Shown: in pieces, positions 1-12,400 of the stretch | Numbering within the stretch: position 1 is the stretch's first letter | Layout of the letters: every line of letters begins with the position of its first letter | Assembly: GCA_047967505.1 (NCBI GenBank) | Contig: CM106538.1 | Reading direction: 5' to 3' (one strand) | Source of the DNA: Dipteris shenzhenensis | Lineage: Eukaryota | DNA length: 64,000 nt | The notes under the pieces: model-generated | What the model saw: only the letters and a program-made list of their open reading frames with translations | Told to the model about the DNA's origin: nothing | Databases searched by the model: none | Position numbers and translations under genes: made by a program

Positions 1-2470
1 CAGCGACCCCCTACTATGCTCCTTGTTGGACACAATCGATTCGGAATCCTGTGCATCGAATGGGGAGAGACATGGAATCAAACAGGACGCAGAGCTCAAA
101 TCCTACAAATACGATAAAACTAAACCCCACCGGCGTGCCCTTCCACACTTCGCACGGGTGACCATCTGCGTAGGAGACGTCATTTCTCTCGTCTTTCGCG
201 GTGGAGCTCCTTTCCATGCAAGGGTGAGGACGAGGGCCCTTCCGTTCCATGTGACGATCACTCATTCAAGGACCCGGAAGAGGATGAAACTCGCGGGGGG
301 AGGGAGCGTTGCAGAGGCGAGCTGCGGGTGCATCACATTTCACGAGGCAGTAGGCAACAAAATGGGCAGTTCCGCGCTCCCTCCAGAGTCCAAACTCGGA
401 AAAACGAAAGAGACTCAACGATCGACAGCCGTCTGCGCTGGTTGAGAATCTACTCACGAATGCAGATCTTCACGCACTTCATGCAACCATACTGCAGCTG
501 CTCAGATCTCCCAGTTTGTGCCTCCGAACTCTACAGTTGTCACCCGCAAATTCATCTTTCTGTTGGCCGTCTTCCCTCTCATCCTCCGTGATTCTCCCGG
601 GAATTACTCTACAGTTTTCACTCACAAATTCATCACTCTGTCTGCTCTGCTGTTGTCTCCCTCCCATTCTAAGCTGCTAAGTCTCTCGCTTTGCTCTCAT
701 CGATCACAGCGTTTGCACTTTGATCGTTCTGCATTTCCACTCTCTACGCGTCCTGCCTACCTTCTGAGCATCCTCTCATCTCCGAAATCTCTGTGTTCTC
801 TCCGATCTTCCACAGACTTTGATCGTTCGAATTTCGGCGTTTGTTTCCATATTTCTGCACTCAGTTTCAACATTCCCTCCATCTTCAGACTTGCGATGAT
901 GTAGATATCTATCTCCACTCACGGGTCTTCCGCCACGAGTGAATCAACAACAGAATTTGCCTTTCTCAACTTGGCATTAAAAACTGAGCAGTCACAGAAA
1001 ATATCTGAGGCGTTTCCCTGTCACAGAATGCACCCACGTCAACCAACGCGCTAATGGCAACTAAACAAGTCCAACAATCTCCTACTCACACGTATCTCGT
1101 TCATGGCAACCAAACATCCACAAAACATGCTCCCATCATCCTCCACGGAAACGCCATCTCAACTCCTTCCCCACATAAATTTTAGAGGAGCTCCAAGGAC
1201 GCTGCCCAGTCGATGGGGATCTCTAAGAATGAGATAGCATCCCCGCGTGTCTACAGCCTTGTGTCTGGTGAGCCACAATCCGGGTTGCACCACCTGCAAC
1301 GGGTTCATCCAATGGAGAGTGGGGAGAGAGGGCTGGAATTCATGAAATCCATCCTAGTAGGAGAGCAGTCCACTACCAGGCAAAAATACCGGCTGGGCAT
1401 TTTTGCTTGAGCCACTGCTCCAGCCCTACAGGCTGGCGCGGGGATCCCCTCTTATTATTAGCATATCCTACTTGATGAAGGTCCTCGGGAAGCTCTAGAC
1501 GACTGTCTATACCGTACGATCACGTACTTTTCTTTCATTGAATTCACATCTGAGCGCATGAGCAATCCTTGTGAAGGTCATACGTCCGATCGTTGTCAGC
1601 CTTCCTGAGTTGTCACCCGGAAAATAATTTGCCTGTCACTGTCTTTAGCTTCCTCAGGACCTCCACTCTCAGGAAATGCCCAAGCGGAAATGCCTCCCTT
1701 GGGCATTTCCTTAAAAGCTTTCCGACAAATTTCAAATGGCCTATGTCTCCATAACTGAGAGGCCCTCTTATTCTTTTTCTTGCATGTGTCTTGAGCCAAT
1801 AGGATCCAACGATCTCTGGCATTAACACATTGAAGATCTATCTCACTTTGGGTTAGAGTGTCCAAAAACCCACTGTCATGAACCTATTAATAACTATACT
1901 CTTAATATTAGCCAATGAGAGGTCACCTTCAAAATAGAGAAATAGATGGTACATTGGCACCTAAGGGGTGCACTTATCATGATGTAAAGTAGCATGTGAG
2001 TTTGAAAGATAGGTACTTTTTGGGGATCCATATACCGAGATCTAGGAAGGGAGGAGGGTAATCTATGAGGGAGGGGTTGATAAAGAAAAATAGAGGTATA
2101 GAGGCAAATTCGTATACTCTTTTACACAAAGAGGTGTGGATATAGAGGTCTAGTCACCTATATAATGGGAGATTTTTCTTGGAAGAGCAAACATAGGTGC
2201 TATTAGCACTTTTTATCATGTGCACAAGGGCATAGACAATTTAGCAATAAATACCTAGAATGTTAGGAAAATAGCATTCAATCAATTAAAACCCATGTGA
2301 CATGCAAGGAAGAGAGGAGAGGGTACTAAGTTTACCTAAATATCAAGTGTATTAGGTAAAAAGAGGAGAGTGTATTATTTTTTAAGTTTGCCTTTTCAAA
2401 GCAAGGCAATGTTTTTGAAGGTTTCTAGCTTCTTAAATCATAGATACATAGTGTAAGGCGCACATGTGAC

Positions 2471-2476
2471 TCTCTC

Positions 2477-2508
<32 letters not shown>
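2471..2508. repeat. (CT)n microsatellite
   Basis: Direct reading of the sequence. Confidence 0.95.
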
Positions 2509-2851
2509 GCACAACAAACTTCCTAGTTGACAACATTGCACAAGTCACCCTTGATGCATTCAAATCGTTTTAGGAATTCGTGGGAAGTAGTGAGACAGCT
2601 TTTAGCATCCAAGAGCTGACAAGCAATGATGCAAATTTTAGCATACAAGAGTTGACAAGCAACGAGGCAAATTCTAGCATGCGAAAGCATGGATGTGAAA
2701 GAAGGAATTGTGTGATTAGCTAGTAGGTGATTATTATTTGGCAAACGTTTCCATGTACATAATAAGGAGAGAATAGGGAATTTGGAAGAAGAGCACATTA
2801 GTTGTAAGTAAGCTGTATGTGGATGATCTTCTAGGAAAACTTTAGAGGTGC

Positions 2852-4121
2852 ATGGTAGACACACAACACCTATATGGAGGAAGAGTAGGCTTGCCCAGGA
2901 AGAGGTCTAGAGTGTGCAGTAAGAACCCGGCTCCCTTGTTTAAGGAGGCAATGAGTGACAACGGTGGTGATTCGTCCCCCCAAATTGTGCAAGATACGTT
3001 CGAGGAAGAAGCCTCCGTCGAGGGAAGCGAAGAAGGAGATCCAGCCGGCCCCCATACTCATAACGAGGCCCTCGAGGAAATGCCATCATATGTGGAAGTG
3101 TTGGCTAAGAAGTTTCAGAGCAGTTTCTCCTCCCTCCCCGAAGACGGGGCCAAGAAGATCCTACAAGCTGAGCTGGGTAGAAGAGCGAAGGAGGTGGAAA
3201 GGATGCCCTAGTTTGAGTCAGGCAAGAAACACAAGACGTTTTGCATGCTACAAGTGGAAGATGTACATGTCCAACTAGAGCGCCGAGCACGAGCAGTGGT
3301 CTACCTATTCTTCACGGGTCGAGTCCCATCCCTTGTGGAGTTGGAGCAATTCATGTCCTACGAATGCGACCTCCCGTCGAACGATTACTCAACTAGATTC
3401 ATGGGGAAGGGCTTCTTCCTCATCCACTATGTGTCTGAGGCGATTAGAGATGACATGTTGGCTAGATCATTCTATTTTTCAAGGGCCCCTATTTTGGTTC
3501 TTCCTTGGAGTGCAGACTTCAGCGTCGACAGATTCCTCCTCCACGAATGCCTAGTTTGGATCGAGTTCCTGTTTATCCCATTGTGGTTGGAAGAAAACTT
3601 TGGGATGGTGGCTGCCTCTCTCAGTCGTGTCTTACAGATTCCTCCATCTACCCATCGGGCAAAAAGAGAGCGTGGGTGTTGTGGGACAGATCGCAGGAGA
3701 CTCAAGACTTCACACAAGTGTAGTTCCTTGACAGACCACCCCTAGCTCTACATATCAAGTTTAGCCCATTTCCTGATGCATGCTTTGTCTACGAGGGCCT
3801 AGGCCAATTTGCGCGCAATTATCCTCTCAAACCGGCAAACACAGCACTGGTGAAGGGGGTAGAGACAATGGAAGAGGGCGCCAAAGGCAAAGAGGAGGTA
3901 GAGCCTTGGTCAATCCATGACACAAGCCAAGAAGGAGAGGACGCGTTGTCACGTGCCACCGGACTAGAAGATCATCATGCAGCTACCCCCAGTATCCGTC
4001 CTAGCTCCGCTCCCTAAGACCAGTCAAAACACTGGATGGTGGTGGGATGGAAGGGTAGGATACATCAACAGTCATAGGTCGACGTGCAATCAATTTCTCA
4101 TGATAGAGCTTCCAATCACAG
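2852..4121 (+). mobile_element. L1-clade LINE, 5' segment (ORF1 region), decayed; continues at 8468-9465 and 28758-30786
   Basis: ORFs 2852-3211 and 3245-3745 give a plant L1 ORF1 pattern (MGKGFFLIHY...PILVLPWSADF...VWIEF, DUF4283-like). A degenerate zinc knuckle follows near 3775-3825 (DACFVYEGLGQFARNYP). The 5' boundary is approximate. Confidence 0.8.
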
Positions 4122-4852
4122 TGAAACCAAAAAAGAAGATATTTCTTTTCACACACAAAGTCACCACTTAATCAATTGGAGAAGAAGAACACAATCACAC
4201 CACGAAAACGACAGCAGACTGGGTACAATATCCCCCCCTAGATGAGTGGCTCACACTTCCTCATTTAGAGTATTTATGACATTTCATAAAAGCACCAAGG
4301 AGCCAAAATTATCCCTCTCATCCAAAAATGAGGGATTTGCTTTACATAGCCTTCTTAGGGCCCAAAAATGAATTATGTCCACTATAAAATATATTGCTCA
4401 AACTTGCAATAATAAAGCAAATACAAAAATTATCCCATGGCCATATATAATGTGCTGTGCGACACCTCGATCGGTACCCTCGCACTAACTCCAATCCTCG
4501 CTATGAGTTCCATCACCTGTACTCAAGCCGCCAATTACATTAGTTATTAACAATCGATTGAACAAATCATCGAATCAACCGATTCCAACATAACCATGCT
4601 CAAAGCACAATAATCAAGCACAACACCAATAATACTAGCGACATCAGTATTAACATGGAATCACCCACAATACCGATCATCTAGCATGGCAAAACACAAG
4701 CTAGCCAGGCGTCCCCAACTAACCACACAAAGTATCCACTAGGACCCCCGCCGCATCCAATGCGCTCCTATGGAGTACTTTGCCATAGTCACACTTGACT
4801 AAAATAATAATGTCCAAAGCAAGATATATCAGAAAATATAATTTTCGTAACA
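4122..4852 (-). repeat. 3' LTR of chromovirus
   Basis: Runs tgaaacc...cgtaaca and is followed by tccctctt (PPT reverse complement). About 30 substitutions by eye versus 7736-8467. Confidence 0.93.
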
Positions 4853-4884
4853 TCCCTCTTGCTTGGATTGCAACTGACCTCAGT

Positions 4885-6515
4885 TGCATGTTTGATTATA
4901 GGAACTAATGAGGTCTAGAAAAGTTCGAAAGAACCACTCAGGCATCCACTGAGCATCATCTCTCGGATGATTCTTAAATTTGAGCAAGTATTTAATATAG
5001 ACATTTCCTTTTCGGGTCAAGATCTATTGATGATCAATAATGCATTCGGGTTCTAAAATTTCTTCTTCATCAACAATCAATGGGGCCTCTTCATAGACAG
5101 GATGAATAGGTAAAGGTCTTTTGAAGGGCTTTAAGAGGCTGATATGGAAAGCATTATGTATTTTCCAATTATCAGGTAATTCAAGCCTATAAGCTAGATC
5201 ATTGATTTTCTGAATCACCTTGAATGGTCCATAAAAACATGGGGACATCTTGATTACTGGCCATTTCTCAACACTCTTCAATCTTCTTTTCTCAATCTGA
5301 AGAAGTACATAATTGCCTTCTTTAAAAAGCATGTGTTTCAGTTTCTTATTAGCTTGTTTTGTGTACTTCTCTTGAGCTATAGCTTCTCAAACCTCTTTGA
5401 GAATATTTTGATAGTCATGGGTAAATGCATCTGCTGCCTCCACTCTATGGGTCAATCGTGTGATAGGAATAGGTAAAACCTTCCCATAGATAATCTCAAA
5501 GGGTGCTCTTCCAGTTGCAGAATGAGGAGTATTATTATAAGCAAACTGTAAGAGATGAAAGTATTTATCCCAAGTCTTTGGTTGACTTCCCACATAAGTT
5601 CTTATCATATCCCGAATAGTATTGTTTGTAACTTCAGTTTGTCCATTCGATTCCGAATGAAAAGCTAATCAGAAATCTAACTTAGTGCCTAGATTATGAA
5701 ATAATGCAGTCTAGAAATTACTGCAAAACTTTCAGACACTATAATCTTTGGCAAGCCATGATGAACAAAGATATGCTTGATGAATAAATGTGCAGCTTAC
5801 TGAGCTGTTAAAGTCTTCTTGCATGGGATGAAATAAGCTTGCTTACTAAAGCGGTCTACTATCGTCCAAATCATATCATTTTGATTCATTGTAATAGGAA
5901 AACCTGTTATGAAATCCATAGATATTTGTTCCCAAGGTTGCGTAGGAATAGGCAAAGGCATTAGCAATCATGGGGTCTTTCCTTTATAACTCTTGATCTT
6001 CTGACAAGTGATGCATTCGGCCACAAACTTAGCCACATCTTTTCTTATAGTAGGCCAATGAAATTCTCTTGCTATCACTTGTAAAGTGGCAGTCACTCCC
6101 CTATGTCCCATATATGGTGGTTGGTGCATTTCTTCCATTACAATTTGTCTAAAGGGTCGAGTGATGCATAATTTCTTTTGATAAAAGAGGTATCCATCAT
6201 TGCATGAATAGTCCAACATAGGATTCCAATTATTATCCTTTAATTTTTTCCATGTATCGAAAAAGTCTGGATCACCTTGATAAGAATTCTTCATACCTTC
6301 GAAAAGCTGGGTCTCTACAGTAGTGATGTGATTAATAGTTGGCTTTTTGCTAAGAGCATCAGAAACTACATTCTCTTTTCCAGGTTGATATTGAATCATG
6401 GGCTAAAAACTCTGTATAAATGATGCCCACTTGATGTGCCTATCGGATATTAGTGGCTGAGTCAACAAATGCTTGATACTTTGCTGATCGGTTTTGATAA
6501 GAAACTCAGCTCCCA
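4885..6515 (-). pseudogene. gypsy pol remnant: RNase H C-terminus, integrase (zinc finger, core, GPF motif) and chromodomain
   Basis: Motifs FLIKTDQQSIKHLL; HQPPYMGHRG...CITCQK; LQFAYNNTPHSATGRAPFEIIYG; YGPFKVIQKINDLAYRLELP; EEILEPECIIDH followed by YLLKFKNHPRDDAQWMPE. Broken by stops and frameshifts. Confidence 0.9.
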
Positions 6516-7722
6516 TGGAGCATGGGTGGTTGTGGCTGATGCGCCATGAGAGGAAAATAAGGATACTAAGTATATCAGAATCAAAGGGATGAGAAAGTGT
6601 AATTCGAGTGTATGGTAAGAAATGGATGGCGAAAGATACTAAGTGTATGAAATATAAAGCAAAAGAAATCACTTATCTCGCTCTTTGATCGGAGGTAGAA
6701 AGGACTAGAGTGGGAGATATGTGATCAATGATGTCGCTCGTAATCGTCTTTGCACTCGACTGATCTCCAATTAATTGCTAGGTGATTCGCGGTTCCAATC
6801 GCCTTTGCTAGTCAGTGGAGTGGCCTCTCACTTTTGTGTTGCAGATCGCCAAGAAGAAAGCTTCTTTTTTGAACTTTAGAGCTCTCTCTTTTAAAACAAT
6901 AATAATGATAAATTCCTTAGAGGACCTTTGAACCTTTGGGGTCCTTTGCTTTGGTTTAAAAAAAAATCAAAAGGAACTTTCGCTTGAAACGCTGAGGCGT
7001 CTGCATCGCACGATGGTAGAGACAAAGGAGGTGGCCAAGGAGGTGGCCGCTATGATGAGACTACAGGGATGCACCGCGTTGACAGAGGCCCGTGAGCCAT
7101 AAGCTCTACTGCCGGCGACTGTAGGTAGGAAGATGCAATAGAGGTGGCCTCTATGCAAACTGTTGCACTGCGCGCGGGTGGAGTGTGGGACTGCGCACGG
7201 GCAACGGTCTATCTTAATGAGTAGGTTGCCTTTGACTGTAGGTCTACAGGCTGCAGACGGGCACGCAAATGGAAAACTTTGGAGTCCCAAGGTTTCCAAA
7301 GGTGACTACTGCACAGATTATGGAGGGCTGGAGGCGATAGGTAGAGTTCTTCGACGGTCGAGAGAGTCTTTGCTGCTCTGCGCCCGAGGAGTTTGCGGCT
7401 CTACTCGTGGCAGCTCTGCACGTGGTAGACTGGAGAACTAGCACTGAGCAGAGGTAGGAGAGTAGATAGTTGGCAGTAGCGGGGCAAACCAAAGAGCTCT
7501 AATAATGAGCAGCAGTGGAGACAGTCGGGGGGTTTTCATTCAGGATTTTTTTTTTTCAAGGAGATTCTTTTGATGGTTCAAAGTACCCATATAGCCTGTG
7601 GGCATTAAACTCTTCAAGTGAACCTTGAGCCTCGTTCAAATTTTGATGCAGAGCTTCCCCCTTCTCAGAAACCACACTTTCTTTTGGAGCTTCCTTCTCC
7701 CTAAGCTTTGGAGTGAACCAAA

Positions 7723-7734
7723 GCTCTGATACCA
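7723..7734 (-). promoter_or_regulatory. Primer binding site, tRNA-iMet (TGGTATCAGAGC)
   Basis: gctctgatacca lies next to the LTR; this is the canonical plant PBS. Confidence 0.9.
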
Positions 7735-7735
7735 C

Positions 7736-8467
7736 TGAAGCCAAAAAACAAGATATTTCTTTTCACATGCAAAGTCACCACTTAATCAATTGGAGAAGAA
7801 GAACACAATCACACCACGAAAACGACAGCAGATTGGGTACAATCTCCCCCCCCCTAGATGAGTGGCTCACGCTTCCTCATCTAGAGTATTTATGATATTT
7901 CATAAAAGCACCAAGGAGCCAAAATTATCCCTCTCATCCAAAAATGAGGGATTTGCTTTACATAGCCTTCTTAGGGCCCAAAAATGAATTATGTCCACTA
8001 TAAAATATATTGCTCAAACTTGCAATAATAAAGCAAATACAAAAATTGGCCCATGGCCATATATAATGCGCTGTGCAACACCTCGATCAGTACCCTCGCA
8101 CTAACTCCAATCCTCGCTATGAGTTTCATCACCTGTACTCAAGCCCCTAATTACATTAGTTATTAACAATCGATTGAACGAATCACCGAATCAACCGATC
8201 CCAACATAACCACGATCAAAGCACAATAATCAAGCACACACCAATAATACTAGTGACATTAGTATTAACATGGAATCACCCACAATACCGATCATCTAGC
8301 ATGGCAAAACACAAGCTAGTCAGGCGTCCCCAACTAACCACACAAAGTATCCACTAGGACCCCCGCCGCGTCCGATGCGCTCCTATGGAGTACTTTGCCA
8401 TAGTCACACTTGACTAAAATAATAATGTTCAAAGCAAGATATATCAGAAAATATGATTTCCGTAACA
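7736..8467 (-). repeat. 5' LTR of chromovirus
   Basis: Runs tgaagcc...cgtaaca and is preceded by gctctgatacca (PBS reverse complement). Confidence 0.93.
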
Positions 8468-9465
8468 TAGCGACATGTAGCTGGATGTTCCTCTCAAGAA
8501 TGGAGGTGAAGAGTTGGAATTTGCCTCCCAGGTCGATGAAACCCAGCCTCAGCAACATGAAGCACAACCCAATGAAGACATGCCCGAAGCAAACCAAAAA
8601 AAACGAATGGTCGAGGTGGGAATCTGGGGTGGTGAGTGTGTACGCCTTGAATTGTCTATGCGAACGGAGGGAACGTTGGAGTTAGCTAAGCACAAGAATA
8701 AAAGGCAGCCATTGGATCTTAGGAGGAGATTGGTGGAACTTCACGGAGAAAATCACAGGCCGCACTCAAGTAGGAGCCTCCCTAATGGAAGTAGAGCAAT
8801 AAGAGTGGGATGATTTTTGTCTGAAACGTGGCCTAGTCGATGCTATAGAGTTAGACCAGGAAGGCCTTAAGGGTTTTTCTTGGAACAACCACCGAAAGGG
8901 AGCAGAATTCAAGGCCGCACACCAAGATCACTTCTACCTGTCTGAGGAGGGTTGGTGGATCCGTGCCCTAGCAAACTGCGAGTATGTCACATACACATCC
9001 ACATACCTAATCACATGTCGATGCTGTGGAGGTTTAGCCTTTCATGCAAAACCGACAGATCTTTTGAGGTACCCCTCAAATTAAATCCCCTACTCCTGAA
9101 GTTGTGAGATTATTGCATAGCCGTCAAAAGGACGTGGACTATGGATACAGAAGAGGCATCTGATTTATTGACCAAGTGGGACATTGCGATCCGCAGAGTT
9201 AATGCCTTAACTAAAGAAGCCAACAAGAAATTGAAAGTAGGACAGAAGCTGAGTCGTGAAGCCGTCATCAAGATCTATGAAGTATTGTGGTTGACACTCC
9301 AAGAGTATCCTAAATATCAAATAGCTACCACACTACTGACAGAGATGGAGGTCACCATCCATGAAGTCAAGTTAGCAGAGGTTGAGCAGGCCTGTCTTGA
9401 AAGCAGGCTGACATGGCTTACAGTCGAGGATGCCCCTCCAAGGTATTTTTCCAGTTGGTCAAAAG
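8468..9465 (+). mobile_element. L1 LINE middle segment (ORF1 end, endonuclease remnant, pre-RT linker)
   Basis: An endonuclease C-terminal-like stretch (GFSWNNHRKG...DHFYLS) lies near 8870-8945. ORF 9141 ends ESRLTWLTVEDAPPRYF, matching the L1 ORF2 'SR.W...D...YF' motif. Cut off by a copia LTR. Confidence 0.7.
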
Positions 9466-12400
9466 TGTTGAGATATCGAGCTCCACTCATGATATGCCAG
9501 GGTGACCATTGTGCATTTATGTCACCGACTTGTTAGCTACAGATGCACTTGGTACACCACCCATGAATAATAGCTGGATGACAGCTATCCTTATGTACTC
9601 TAGTTTGTTTTGGCTTACACGACTAAGAAGAGGAAAATTGTTTTCAGCCTCCACCTTTGTGTGTATTCCCCCATTGTGTATGTGAGAAAGCCGCAAGTGA
9701 GACTCCTTCCTTCTCTCCCACTATCTTCACATGGTATTAGAGCTTGGTTCGTGGTAAGGAGCTCAAGAAAGCAAACCAAGTTCATAGTGTCCTGATAAGA
9801 GGACCAGTGTTGCTTTCCATTTTCGAGTTTGGGAGCAAATCTCTACAGGTAGCATAGCCGGAAAGTGCAAGAGTGCATTGTCTTAGATTGAGACGCCCTT
9901 CGCGGTGTGGTGAGAGGGCAATATATACTGCTTTGGATTTCTAATTCTAGGCCATTTTGGGGCCCATTTTGGAGGCGGAAGTTCTCCGCAAACACTGAGA
10001 AAAGGCCTTGTTTTTTGCTGTGCGACCACTGCTCTGCAGGTCGGTGAAAAGTTACCACATAAATTGCATCGTATGCCTGTGCACAAAGATATTGGGAGTT
10101 ACAAAATCATCACTAGGAAGTGACTGTGTGGTCAAATACCACTTTCATCAGTTTTGCAGATTTGCCCTTGTGAGGCAGAAGCTGTGTTTTTTTGCAGAGA
10201 GAGAATATTTTGCAGTGTTCTGTAATGGCGTCTGATTCTCTTTCACAGATTGTCACTGAAAAGCTTGACAAGAACAACTTCCAAGCATGGAAGTTTAGAA
10301 TGACGAATTTCCTTATGGGAAAAGGCTATTGGGAGTTCATTATAGGAAATGAAGAAGAACCAGTTCTTCCTAATGTTCCCAATCAACAGGAAATGCACGC
10401 ATTTAGAGGATGACTACCACATGAAGGTGAAGAAAATTGCAGATGCACTTGCTTCCATTGGGTCGCCAGTGGAAGATGATGATTTAGTTTCTGTGACCTT
10501 GAATGGTCTAGGAAAGGATTATGCACAGTTTCGAACATCCATTGCCGTCCGTGAAAAATTTCTTGATTTTGAGGAGTTGTTTGCTCTTCTAATTTCTGAA
10601 GAGCAGAGAAATGGTGGTGCATCTTCTTCAGGAGGAACTTCAAAAGAAACTATCTTCTACTCAAATGCTGGAAGAGGTAGAGGCAGAGGTAGAGCAGGCC
10701 GATTTGGAGGCCATGGTAGAAATCAAAATATGTAGCAAACTCAAGAAAACCAGTCCTATGGAGGAGGATGTGGTAACTCTAGAGGCAGGGGCAGCCAAAG
10801 AGGTCATGGTGGATGGCAGAGGCCAAAATGCAAACAGCAATGTTGAATGCTACTACTATGGTAAAATGGGTCATATGGCTAAAGACTGCTATAAAAAGCA
10901 GAATGACATCATGAATGGAAAATTGCAGTAAGGGAATTTTGCATCTTCTAGTAGACAGGGTGATGACAGAAATGAGCATCTGTTTATGGTGCAGCACATG
11001 ACCAATTCTGTGACAAGTGCAAAAGAAAGCAATGATGTGTGGTATGTTGACTCAGGTGCATTAAACCACATGACAGGTCATGCAGAATGGATGCAAGATG
11101 CAAGGAAAATGGAAAGACCAAGATTTGTGGAGACTGGTGATGATACTGCACATCCTATTGTGCAGATTGGTAAAATTCCTTTGTCTATGCAGGATGGGAA
11201 AAAGAAATACCTGTCTGATGTATTTCATGTCCCGAATATCACCAAGAACCTGGTTTCTGTTGGTCAAATGGTTGAGCAGGGCTTGCAAGTCAGATTTAAT
11301 CCTCATGGATGCTTTTTTGAGAATATGAAAAATAACGGTCGCTTGATAGCAAAAGGAAAGAAGAAGGGCAGGATGTTTACATTGGATGCGGACATGCTTG
11401 AATTGAGTGCAGAAATGTTTGCACATGGGATCGGTGTAGTTGCAGATATTGATATCTAGCATAAACGCATTGGTCATGTTAATGTACAGTGACTTAAATC
11501 AATGCAGGCCCAAAACATTGTTGCAGGATTACCTAAATTCAAGGTTGCAGAAATGCATAAGGTATGTGAAGCTTGTCAATTTGGAAAACAGGCAAGGAAA
11601 CCATTTCCTAGACATGTTCAAGAGAGTAAGAAGCCATTGGAATTAATCCACTCTGATGTGTGGACTACTAAAGCTGCATCTAATGGAGGCTGTCATTATT
11701 TTATCACTTTTATTGATGACTATAGCAGAAAAGTTTGGGTGCATTTTATAAAAAAGAAAAGTGAAGTGTTTGGGCATTCCAACACTTTTAAATCTATGGT
11801 TGAAAAAGAAACAGGCCTGCAAATAAAATGCCTAAGGTCAGATGGAGGGGGAGAGTACCTCTCAAATGAGTCTGCAAGCTTCCTGCAAGAGCATGGCATA
11901 AAGCAGCAATATTCATGCAGTCATACCCCACAGCAAAATGGACTTGTAGAAAGGAAAAACAGGCATATTGGAGAGGTATCTCGGGCCATGCTAAATGAAA
12001 AAGACCTACCAAATTATTATTGGGCTGAAGCAGTTGCTACAGTAGTTTACATAATGAACAGGACTCCCACGCAGCAATACAAGGCATGATGCCAGAGGAG
12101 ATGTATACTGGTAGGAAACCAGATATTTCTCATTTGAAAATTTTTGGTTGCATTGCCTATGTTCATATGCCAGATGAGTTGAGGTCCAAGTTGGATCCAA
12201 AAGCTGAGAAGTGCATCTTTATTGGTTATTGTTTACAGCAGAAAGGGTATAGATACTATAAGCCTTCTACTCGTAAGTTTACAGTGAGCAGAGATGTTGT
12301 CTTTGATGAGATGAGTAGCTGGTATAAACCAGTAAATGTGATTGATGATGTAGATGCACAAAATGGTAATGTTGCACAGAATTCACAGCAGCAATCACAA

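Larger units (their letters stand above)
4122..8467 (-). mobile_element. Ty3/gypsy chromovirus LTR retrotransposon, internally deleted (no recognisable protease or RT)
   Basis: Two ~730-bp direct repeats with TG...CA ends (4122-4852 and 7736-8467). tRNA-iMet PBS at 7723-7734, PPT at 4853-4860. Integrase, chromodomain and RNase H remnants lie on the minus strand. No clean TSD. Confidence 0.93.

Noticed and set aside
1-1870. Short ORFs and small imperfect duplications (526-640, 715-860)
   Set aside because: No recognisable domain or splice-consistent frame. Probably decayed repeat DNA, but I cannot assign it.
1874-2532. TGTCA...TGACA-bounded stretch as a solo LTR
   Set aside because: No matching TSD (cccac / acatt) and no second copy, PBS or PPT in the window.
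4117-8472. TSD for the chromovirus
   Set aside because: Flanks cacag and tagcg do not match, so no TSD is claimed.
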